This document shows positions 11,395 to 21,664 of a DNA stretch of 63,498 nucleotides, piece after piece. Numbering within the stretch: position 1 is the first letter of the stretch; each line of letters starts with the position of its first letter. The notes under the pieces are model-generated. The model was not told the origin of the DNA. It saw nothing but the letters and a program-made list of their open reading frames with translations, and did no database searches. The position numbers and the translations under genes are program-made. Where the stretch lies: positions 1 through 63,498 of the forward strand of contig JAPETS010000073.1 of NCBI GenBank assembly GCA_026023565.1, given 5' to 3'. The DNA is from Cirrosporium novae-zelandiae. Taxonomy: Eukaryota.

Positions 11395-12618
11395 ATGAGA
11401 ATATTTAAAAGTCATCCTTTATTAAAAATGGTTAATTCATACTTAATAGATTCGTCACAACCTTCCAACATTAGTTATGCTTGAAATTTCGGTTCTCTAT
11501 TAGCATTTTGTTTGGGAATTCAGATAGTGACTGGAGTCACTTTAGCTATGCATTACAACCCTAGTGTATTAGAAGCGTTTAATTCAGTTGAGCATATTAT
11601 GCGAGATGTAAACTATGGGTGATTAATCCGTTATTTACACTCAAACACAGCCTCAGCTTTCTTTTTCTTAGTATATCTACACATCGGTAGAGGATTATAC
11701 TATGGATCATATAAAGCACCCAGAACTTTAGTTTGAACAATTGGAACTGTAATATTTATTTTAATGATAGGTACAGCTTTCCTGGGTTACGTTTTACCTT
11801 ATGGTCAAATGAGTTTATGAGGTGCTACTGTTATTACTAACCTTATGAGTGCGATACCTTGAGTTGGACAAGATATAGTTGAGTTTATCTGAGGTGGCTT
11901 TTCAGTTAATAACGCTACTTTAAATAGATTCTTTGCTTTACATTACCTATTACCTTTTATCTTGGCTGCTCTAGCTTTAATGCATTTAATAGCACTACAT
12001 GACAGTGCTGGGTCAGGGAATCCTTTAGGTGTTTCAGGTAATTACGATAGATTACCTTTTGCTCCTTATTTTCTTTTCAAAGATTTAATTACTATCTTTA
12101 TATTTATCTTAGCTTTATCTGGCTATGTTTTCTTTATGCCTAACGTTTTAGGTGATAGCGAAAATTACGTTATGGCTAACCCTATGCAAACTCCCGCAGC
12201 GATAGTTCCGGAGTGATATCTTTTACCTTTCTATGCCATATTACGTTCTATACCTAATAAATTATTAGGTGTTATTGCAATGTTTGCAGCAATCTTAATG
12301 TTATTAGTTATACCTTTTAGTGATTTATCTAGATCAAGAGGTATACAATTTAGACCATTAAGTAAAATAGCTTTTTGAATATTTGTTGCTAATTTCTTAG
12401 TTTTAATGATATTAGGGGCTAAACACGTAGAAACTCCATTTATAGAATTAGGACAAATATCTACTACTTATTATTTTGCACATTTTTTTATCATAATGCC
12501 CCTTATTAGTCTACTTGAAAATAGTTTAATGGAATTAGGGAGTTACCGTTTGATACGTTTAAATTTAAGTCAGAAAAAAAAACCAGATGCAAGACAAAAT
12601 CTAACACGGTGAACTTAG
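11395..12618 (+). CDS. cob: Apocytochrome b (no introns)
   Basis: [11 protein letters not shown] start; [27 protein letters not shown]; stop TAG at 12616-12618. Confidence 0.98.
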
Positions 12619-14252
12619 GCGAAGCCCTCAGTTTTAAGGATAAGGCAATAGATATTGGTTTTTATGTGCTATTGTTTTTAATATTAGGGGCTGCAATGAT
12701 TTTTCATATAGATGAGGTCCTCTTGCATATGATGCCGACAGGTAGCCAGAATGCTAAGAATCCAGGGGGTTCTACTACTCCATGGTATGATCCTAATTCA
12801 GAGACTAATTTTTCATGGTGTTATTCAAGGGAGTTTTATATAGGGGATTCTTTTTTTAATGATGGTTCTTCTACACCTGGGAATTTACCTGCTTCAGAAA
12901 ATTCTCTAGGGGATTCTACTAATCTAAGGAATTCTACTAATCCAAGGAATTTTGCTGTTCCGGGTAATTCTACTGCTCCAAGGAATTTTCTTACTTCAGG
13001 GTATTTTCCTACTTCAGGAAATTCACCTGTTCTAGGGAATTCTCCTATTTTAAGGTATTATCCTAATCCAATGAGTCCTACTACTCCAGGTAATTCTACT
13101 GTTCCAGGGAATTATATTCCTCAAAGGAATTCTCCTATTCTAAGAAATTTACCTAATTCAGGAAATTCTCCTACTCTAGAAAATTCTACTTTTTCAGGGT
13201 ATTATCCTAATCCTATGAATTCTACTGTTCCAGGTAATTCTACTGTTCCTGGGAATTATATTCCTCAAAGAAATTCTCCTATTCTAAGAAATTTACCTAA
13301 TTCAGGGTATTCTCCTACTCTAGGAAATTCTACTTTTTCAGGGTATAATACTAATCCTGGGAATTATATTCCTCAAAGAAATTCTCCTATTCTAAGAAAT
13401 TTACCTAATTCAGGGAATTCTCCTACTCTAGGAAATTCTACTTTTTCAGGGTATAATACTAATCCAGGTAATTATAATACTCAAAGGAATTCTCCTACTT
13501 TAGGGAATTCTACTATTCCAAGGTATAATAATAATCCAGGGTATTATCCTACTCAAATCAATTCTCCTACTCTAGGGAATTCTAGTCTTCCAAGGTATAA
13601 TACTAATCCTGGTAATTATAATATTCAAAGGAATTCTCCTACACTAGGGAATTCTGTTGTTCCAGGTAATTATACTAACCCTGGTAATTATACTACTCAA
13701 AGGAATTCTCCTACTCTAGGGAATTATGATGTTCCAAGATATAACACTAATCCAATGAATCCTACTATTCCTGGTAATTCTCCTACTCAAGGGAATTACA
13801 TTGCTCCTGGAAATTACCCTACACCAATGAATCCTAATATTCCAGGTAATTCTACTTCTCAAAGGAATTACACTTCACCAGAGTATATTTCTGCTCCATG
13901 GGATAATACTTTCCCAAGGACTTATATTACACCAGAGGAGTATAATCGAAGGTTAGTAGTGTCAGAATGAAAGCGTTCTATGCTTTATAATATTGGAGAG
14001 CGCTTAAGTATTATAAACGCAGAGGACGAAAAGAAGCCTTCATTCCCTGTTAGTACTTTAGGTGACACTCGTTTAGCCTTAAGTGACCAAGAAAAGGTAC
14101 TTGTAAAAGAACTTATGCTAAGAGAAAAAAAATATTTTGGCGGTGCAATTCGTCAATTAAATTCCGGACAAGGCGACAACTGACGTGTGGTTGTTAACAC
14201 TAAAAGATTACGGCAATTTTTAACAGAGCCTGCGCAAAATGTAGATAAGTAG
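12609..14252 (+). CDS. Orphan ORF (~547 aa): TM segment, N/S/P/T/G-rich repeats, C-terminal domain; overlaps the cob end in the -1 frame
   Basis: Track ORFs 12609..13970 and 13980..14183 join through TGA=Trp to TAG at 14250-14252; frame open from 12525; start uncertain. Confidence 0.75.
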
Positions 14253-14801
14253 TTTTTTCCAGGATTAGTTGCTTTACCTAGCTCCTTTTTCATTTCTTCT
14301 GCCTTATTTCCTCAACCCCCTTGTCTGATCTTCAGCCGCGACCCCTAAGATCTATATTATCTTTATTTCCCATAGATTTGTTATAACCTCCCCCCCGGGG
14401 CCATGGTCCTCTGCAGTATTGCAGAGGCCCATGGGCCTTTATCCCCCCCTTGCAGTACAAGTAGTAAAAAGACACTGCGGTATTTCGTTGTAGTTTGACG
14501 AAGAACTCTATAGATTTTTAAGTTTGTAACTAATATATGTACTTTTTAGATATATGAATGTGTATCACTTGTATTCCTTCTTTCCCCCCCCCAGCTTGCG
14601 CCTGCTTTCGCCTGCTCTTTTTTTTGCTTGCTTTCGCCTGCTCTTTTTTTTTGCTTGCTTGCGCCTGCAAAAAAAAAACAGTCTGTACCCCCCCCCAAAG
14701 CCCCCACTCTACGAGTGGGGGCTTGGACTGTTTTCTCTGTGGAGCGGTTTTTTATAAACACTAGGTAGGGGGCTTATTGAACTAAATCTTTTTTTTCAAG
14801 A

Positions 14802-15160
14802 TCATCCTTCTTTTTTGTTTTTTCTTGGTATGGAGCGCGCTATCCTCTCTTTGGGGGCCTAAAAAAAAAATCCTGACAATTAGGTCAGGAAGAATAAGAT
14901 GCTATTTTAGCTAGGATGTTACAAGAACAGGAGGAAGAGGAATTTATGACATGAAATCATATCCCTGCTTTAACACCCAAAGCAACAAAAGCCCGGCTGT
15001 TTTCTCTGCTGAGCGGTTTTTTATAAACACTAGGAGAAAACAAGGCGGGAGCTAGGAGGACAAACATAAAAACGACTCTGATGGCCCCCTTTTTTTTTTT
15101 TAATATAAAAGCCCCCAACCAAAGGTTGGGGGCTAGGGGGATATAGCAGGAGACGATTAG
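14802..15160 (+). pseudogene. Degraded tandem copy of the 15576..16217 ORF
   Basis: Matches ggagcgcgc, caggaagaa..gatgct..ttagctag..tgttacaaga and gcaggagacgattagtctttaaaaattgttgtc; has stops and GC insertions. Confidence 0.85.
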
Positions 15161-15328
15161 TCTTTAAAAATTGTTGTCTTTTTTTAAGTTATGGTTAGGT
15201 AATAATTTCTCTTTCTACTTTTCTTTTTTCTTGTTCTTTTAAAACAATCTACGTCCGAAAGCCGCTTTTCAGCATCTTAATGCCTGTATGGGGGTATTAG
15301 AAGATTTCGTTTAAACCGTTAATCTGCC

Positions 15329-15464
15329 CCCTAGCCCCCAAAGCCCCCACTCTACGAGTGGGGGCTTGGACTGTTTTCTCCTTGCCCCTTAAAATAAAAA
15401 AAGGGGCTGGAGAAAACAAGGGGGCTTATAAAAGCCCCCAACCAAAGGTTGGGGGCTAGGGGGA
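15329..15464. mobile_element. Composite palindromic element; inverted copy near 32900-33036, partial copies near 40546 and 42720
   Basis: Modules agcccccactc...gagtgggggct, ttttctccttgcccc...ggggctggagaaaac and agcccccaaccaaaggttgggggct in the same order. Confidence 0.85.
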
Positions 15465-15575
15465 TATGGTAAATCCAAAGCTTGTGATAAAAAATATAAG
15501 TACGAATATTATCTTGGGCATGTACTAAACAGTAAGGCTATACGTTGTCCTTATTTTTCTTTTTATAATAAAATA

Positions 15576-16217
15576 ATGCTAATAATGAATATATTTAATG
15601 TTAGAACTCCCTTAGGTTTATCTTTTACATATTGTGGTAGAAAATTTTCAACATCATCTTCTTTACTTGGAAAAGGTAAGGAGCGCGCCATAGACAATCT
15701 TCCTTTAGAGGAATCGGAGTCTATTAAAAAAACTCCTGAACAATTAGCTCAGGAAGAACATGATGCTCTTTTAGCTAGATTGTTACAAGAGGAGGAGGAA
15801 GAGGCCTTTATGACACGAGACTATAACCCTGATTTAACACCCAAACCATTAAAATCTAACGAGTTAGAAGGTTTTTATGACGAACATAAAGACAACTCTG
15901 ATCTTTATAATATAGATGACAAGGGTAGATTAATTAATTTTCCTTCCAGGAATACTTTTAAAGATTCTTCTCCTACAGAAGAAGGATCTTCTTCTGCTGA
16001 AGGATCTTCTTCTGCAGCTAAAGGTTCTTCTAGCGAGGGATCTTCTTCTGCAGCTAAAGGTTCTTCTAGCGAGGGATCTTCTTCTGCTGAAGGATCTTCT
16101 TCTGCAGCTAAAGGTTCTTCTAGCGAGGGTTCTTCCCTTTCAAAAGAAAGATCGTTAATAGACGATTATGCTGATGTTTCGACAGAATTTCCCGATTATA
16201 CAGCAGGAGACGATTAG
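15576..16217 (+). CDS. Orphan ORF213: basic/hydroxylated N-terminus, SSSAAKGSSSEG repeats, acidic C-terminal motif
   Basis: Intact ATG..TAG; ends SLIDDYADVSTEFPDYTAGDD. Confidence 0.75.
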   Translation: MLIMNIFNVRTPLGLSFTYCGRKFSTSSSLLGKGKERAIDNLPLEESESIKKTPEQLAQEEHDALLARLLQEEEEEAFMTRDYNPDLTPKPLKSNELEGFYDEHKDNSDLYNIDDKGRLINFPSRNTFKDSSPTEEGSSSAEGSSSAAKGSSSEGSSSAAKGSSSEGSSSAEGSSSAAKGSSSEGSSLSKERSLIDDYADVSTEFPDYTAGDD

Positions 16218-16290
16218 TCTTTAAAAATTGTTGTCTTTTTTTTTTTAAGTTATGGTTAAGTAATAATTTCTCTTTCGAGCGAAGCACCCT

Positions 16291-16428
16291 TTCTTTTTTG
16301 ATTTTAACCCCAAAGACTAGAACATTCTTTTTGGATTTTATCCCCAAAGACTAGAACAATCTTTTTGGATTTTATCCCCAAATACTAGAACATTCGTTTT
16401 GGTTTTACTCCCCATATACTAGAACATC
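16291..16428 (+). repeat. 34-bp tandem repeat, 4 copies, upstream of cox2
   Basis: Unit ttctttttggattttatccccaaagactagaaca. Confidence 0.9.
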
Positions 16429-16520
16429 TTCTAATACTCATCTAACGGTTTTAAACAATTAAATACAGCTCCTTTAAGGTTTAAAGACTTAAAAAGTCCC
16501 TTTCTTCTATATAATTAATC

Positions 16521-19500
16521 ATGTCTCGAATATTAAATACCCTAGAATTTTGTGATGCTCCAAGGCCCTGAGGTTTGTATTTTCAAGATAGCGCGAGTCC
16601 TCAAATGGAAGGAGTAGTAGAATTACATAATAATACTTAATATTTTTGTGTATAAGAGCCAAACTCCGGGGACCCCCTAAAGCTCTAGTAACCAAAGTTG
16701 TAAAGGAAACTTTGTAACCGGCCTGGTTAATGACTCAGGGTATGGTAATATCACTAGAGATGATGGAAACTGAAATGGGATATCGCGGATCTAAATCAGA
16801 CTATTTGTCTGTAAAAGAGCAACGAGCAGATGGTTCTTCAGGTTCATGTTATAAAATAACATGAAACTGTAAGGTGTGCTCTAGACGCTAAGAAATTAGT
16901 TTTTGAGTTAAATAGATTTTATACTTTACATTTCTTCAATCCCAGTTTATTTTATTTCAGATCCCCCACCCGCTCCTCGGCATTACTGCTGAGGACTCGG
17001 GGGGGGCCCAAAAAATAAAGAAATTAGCTGCCTCCGGAGAAAAAGACATTGAAATCAAATGTAGAAAATAAGTAGTAGGATTGAAAAAAAAATCACAACT
17101 ACTTTAAATATTTTTATATTTATGCCATAAAAACGTGGGGAAATTTCTTGTTGTAGATTATCTCGGTTTAATACTGTTTTTTAGGAAGTATATATTAATT
17201 ATACTTGAAATATTTCAGGTACTTTTTTTTATAACTTTGTAAAGTATTAGACAAATATATGGAAAATATTAAGAATATTCAACTAAATCTTAAACTTAAT
17301 CCATGGTATGTTACTGGTTTTTCAGACGGGGAGGCTTGTTTTCATATAGCTATTGGTAAAAACATTAAATATAAAAATGGCTTTTATGTAAATCCGGGCT
17401 TTTCAATAGTTTTACACAAGAAGGATAAAATATTACTAGAAAAAATCCAAGCTTATTTTGGGGGAATAGGAACATTGAAAACAAATGAAAAATTTGTTGA
17501 ATTTAGAGTATTTTCTATTAAGGATTTAAAAGTAATTCTTGATCATTTTGATAATTATCCTCTTAATACTAAAAAACAAATTGATTATCTGTTTTTTAAA
17601 GAAACTTTAGAATTAATAAAAAATAAAGAACATTTAACAGTAGAGGGTTTAAAAAAAATTGTAAACACAAGAGCCTCTATGAATAAAGGTTTACCGGAAG
17701 CATTAAAAAAAGCTTTTCCTAATGCTATTCCTAATACAAAACCTTTAGTTACAACACCAAAGGCAATGGATCCAAACTGAGTAGCAGGGTTTACTGAAGG
17801 CGAAGGGTGTTTTTTTATAAAAACACACTTAAGAAATAAAAGACTTAGTATTCAATTAGGTTGTCAAATTACTCAACATAACAGGGATATTATTCTCTTA
17901 AAAAGTTTAAGGGATTTCTTTGATTGTGGTAGATTAGAGCCAGCAGGAGAGTTCTCTCAAAATTTTTTTGTAACTAAACTATCTGATATCACTGAGATTA
18001 TTATTCCTTTTTTTGAAAAATATCCTCTAATTGGATCTAAAGCTAAAGATTTTAAAGATTGAAACAAGATCTCTGAATTAATGACATCAAAGGCTCATCT
18101 TACTAAAGAAGGATGTGAACAAATTCTTCAATTAAAATTAAGAATGAATTCATCAAGAACTTTAGAAAAATAATAGTTTTTCACTCCCACTCCCTCATTT
18201 TTTTTTTTTATATTTAATGTAGATAAATCCCAGTAGTTGTATTTAAGCAACTTAACCTAAAAAAAAAGAACTGTGTTAACATCATGGGTAAAGTTACTCA
18301 AAATTAAAGTTATAATCTAAACTTGTTTTTATCTTTACAATGAACTGTTAACAATTTGTTTATCTTATTACAATTAACAGTAAATAAAGGTTTCGCTCCT
18401 CGTTTTTTTTCTAGTAATTTCGAATATTTAAATTACGCTAAAAAAAAAAGGGTTATGCAAGGGAGTCCGACTAAAACAACAAGGTTGAAACGTTAGTCAA
18501 TTTTCCCCGAAGCCTGTAGATAAAATAAGACGGTAGAGTCGAATAATATAATGTTTTATTTAGTAATAATACTCTTTTCAGTCTCTTGAATACTTTTCTC
18601 TATAATTAGGAATTATAACCAAGAAAAGAATAAAATTTCACACAAGTATTTAAACCATGGTAAACAAAATGTGCCTACTCGAAAGTATTCTAATTTTAAA
18701 AGTAGCCCCTCAAATTATATAATATCTAACACTATACGTACTTATTCTACTTTACCTGAAAAAGAAAGTATCCCGGTTAAAGTCTATGAAGATGCTTATT
18801 CTATGAAAAAAGAAATTTTAAAGGAAAACATAGGCAAATCAGGGATTTATATGTGAACCAACAAACTTACAGGCGATATATACGTAGGACAATCATCTGA
18901 TCTCTCCAAAAGATTTAGAAAATATTTTACTGTTAGCTATATAAATAGTAAGAAAGGATTAAGAATCTCTAGAGTCTTAATAAAATACGGATATTCCAAT
19001 TTTTCTTTAACTATTCTAGAATATTGTAATATATCTAATTTACTTGAAAGAGAACAATATTATTTTGATAAATTAAAACCGCAGTACAATATATTAAAAA
19101 TAGCAGGTAGCTCTCTAGGTTATAAATCTTCGCCTGAAACTAGAGCTAAGATTAGTAAAGCTTTAAAAGGAATTTACATTGGAGAGAAATCTGCTCTTTT
19201 TGGTCGTTCACATATAGAAGAAACTAAGATAACAATGAGTTTAAAAAAAGCAGGTGAAAATAATCCTTTGTTTGGAAAAACTCACAGTGAAGAAACTAAA
19301 GATCTAATGAGACAAAAAGCTTTAGGTAGAAAACATTCTGATGAAACTAAATTAAAAATGAGCACAACACACGGAAATCCTGTAAACATATATGAGAAAT
19401 GTTCATCAGAAGGGTTTAAATTAATAGGTAGTTTTGTTTCAGCTAGAAGAGCTGCACTATTCTTAGGTATTAGTGGTAGTACTTTTATAAGATATATGAA

Positions 19501-20334
19501 TTCAGGGGCAATATATAAAAACAAATATAAATTTTCTTCTAAATAGTAGAAGAATATCTTAGAAAAACTACGAGTAAAATTTCACTATATGCTGGAAACT
19601 TCTAAAACCTGAGATACTATAATATAGTTTATATTATCAGTGAAAATTCTACAGGATGTAACAATGAACAATCAGCAGGAAACCAACGCATATTTATATG
19701 TTCTAGTGGGATCCTCAGAGACTACACGTGAAACAACCAGTTGTTAAATTTTCCTTCCCGTATACAGGAATCAAAAACAAAACGAGAGGTTGAAGATATA
19801 GTCCGTGAAACGACATTAATAGAATTAATTTGAACTATTACACCTGCATTAATTTTAATATTAATAGCCTTTCCATCTTTTAAACTTTTATATTTAATGG
19901 ATGAAGTTAGTGATCCTTCAATGGCAATTTTAGCAGAGGGTCACCAATGATATTGATCTTACCAGTATCCTGATTTTTTAAACAACGATGAAGAATTTAT
20001 TGAATATGATTCATATCTAGTTCCGGAAAGCGATTTAGCTGATGGTGCGTTAAGGATGTTAGAAGTCGATAATAGAGTTATAGTACCTGAGCTAACTCAT
20101 GTAAGATTTATATTAACAGCTGCAGATGTAATTCATAGTTACGCCTTACCTTCTTTAGGTATTAAGTCTGATGCTTATCCAGGAAGACTTAACCAAGCTT
20201 CTGTCTTTATTAATAGAGAGGGTGTATTCTACGGTCAATGCAGCGAGATATGCGGAATTCTACACAGTTCTATGCCAATTGTAGTAGAATCGGTATCTAT
20301 AGAAAAATTCCTTCTCTGATTAAATGAACAGTAA
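16521..20334 (+). CDS. cox2: Cytochrome c oxidase subunit 2; exons 16521-16628, 18542-18661, 19813-20334
   Basis: [37 protein letters not shown]; CuA motif [12 protein letters not shown]. Confidence 0.96.
16629..18541 (+). mobile_element. Group I intron (IC2-like), cox2 intron 1
   Basis: Exon ends in T, intron ends in G; core ggatatcgcggatcta, gagcaacgag, taaggtgtgctctag. Confidence 0.88.
17259..18173 (+). CDS. Double-motif LAGLIDADG homing endonuclease
   Basis: [13 protein letters not shown] and [12 protein letters not shown]. Confidence 0.93.
18662..19546 (+). CDS. GIY-YIG homing endonuclease in frame with cox2 exon 2
   Basis: [25 protein letters not shown]3-like repeats GKTHSEETK. Confidence 0.92.
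18662..19812 (+). mobile_element. Group I intron, cox2 intron 2
   Basis: Core atgctggaaac, aatcagcagg, tcagagactacacg, gaagatatagtcc; ends in G. Confidence 0.9.
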
Positions 20335-20732
20335 TGCATTTATTAAAAAAAAAAGGTTTAACGCACTTGGTCCCGCTTATAATAATCCAAGGTTTTTATT
20401 AGGGTCCCTACTTGCTGGCAGAAACTACTCTAATGTAGTCGAAATCCCTGAAAGATTAGCTTTAAACCACATGAATAAAAAGTAGTAGTATGTTTCTATC
20501 GTGCTGTACCAGAGTTTGAACTTTCTCCCGAAAAGGCCTTTAAAGCAGTAGCTCCGCTACTAAAAGCAAAAAGCTTGTTTTTCAGTCTCTGATCCGTATA
20601 TATTTGCGAACGTGGGAGAGGAATATTTGTTTATTAAAGCCCATGTACTACTTTTTATTAGTGTCTAAACTATCTAAGGTTGCATTCCTGAACTTCGTAG
20701 TACTCCGTAGAGAATTATTAGTTTGTTCGGTT

Positions 20733-20834
20733 TGTTCTGAAACCTGTGGAATCTTACATAGTTCTATGCCTATCGTTGTTGAGTCTGTTTCAATCGAGAA
20801 GTTTTTATCTTTATTAGCGGATCAAGAGGTATAA
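20733..20834 (+). pseudogene. Displaced cox2 3' end
   Basis: [33 protein letters not shown], synonymously diverged from cox2. Confidence 0.92.
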
Positions 20835-21229
20835 GTTATAGTAAAAGCTGTTATATATCTATATCTAAGCCTAAATATGGATATATTTCTTTGAGTTCTT
20901 CTTGTTTGTTAACCCTAAATTTATTTTCGGTGCGCGAAATGATTAGAGGTCCTCGTATATTTTTTACTTATACTGGTGGTAGAGCAAAACACGTAGATGT
21001 CGCCCCACGGCGCCCTGCAGAAAAACCAGTATTACCTAGCGTATATAAATCTGAAGCTTTGGCTTTACACTAGCCCGTCACCCCCCCCCTACACTCCTTT
21101 TTTATTATAACGTTTAACTATATTGCTCTATGTATAATCACATTATACTTTCTAAATCCTGTAAAACTTTATCTTTGATAAGATAGAAATGCATAATTTA
21201 GCATTAAAATATCTTTTTTTTTACAAAAT

Positions 21230-21376
21230 ATGCCACAATTAGTACCCTATTACTTTATAAACCAAGTTACATGTATTTATATCTTTCTAGCTTTTACAAT
21301 ATATATATTATCTAAATATTCCCTACCCCGATTTTTTCGATTGTTCTCTTTTCGGTTTCTTATGGGGCGAATTTAA
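21230..21376 (+). CDS. atp8: ATP synthase subunit 8
   Basis: 48 aa, MPQLVPYYFINQ...LSKYSLPRF. Confidence 0.95.
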   Translation: MPQLVPYYFINQVTCIYIFLAFTIYILSKYSLPRFFRLFSFRFLMGRI

Positions 21377-21664
21377 ACAAAAACTGAAAAACTTCTACAA
21401 GTTTCTATCTAATAGGATAGTAGTTTTTAAACAAAAGCTGAAAAACTTCTACAAGTTTCTATCTAATAGGATAGGAGTATTTAAACAAAAGCTGAAAAAC
21501 TTCTACAAGTTTCTATCTAATAGGATAGGAGTATTTAAACAAAAGCTGAAAAACTTCTACAAGTTTCTATCTAATAGGATAGGAGTATTTAAACAAAAAC
21601 TGAAAAACTTCTACAAGTTTCTATCTAATAGGATAGGAGTATTTAAACAAAAACTGAAAAACTT
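21372..21664 (+). repeat. 54-bp tandem repeat, about 5.4 copies (FKQKLKNFYKFLSNRIGV)
   Basis: tttaaacaaaagctgaaaaacttctacaagtttctatctaataggataggagta. Confidence 0.95.

Noticed and set aside
15494..15502. ATATAAGTA (yeast mitochondrial promoter nonanucleotide) upstream of ORF213
   Set aside because: Expected by chance in AT-rich DNA (it also occurs inside rps3), and not established as the promoter in filamentous ascomycetes.
20604..20834. 76-aa ORF as a second cox2-like gene
   Set aside because: A chance TTG-started frame running into the displaced cox2 end.
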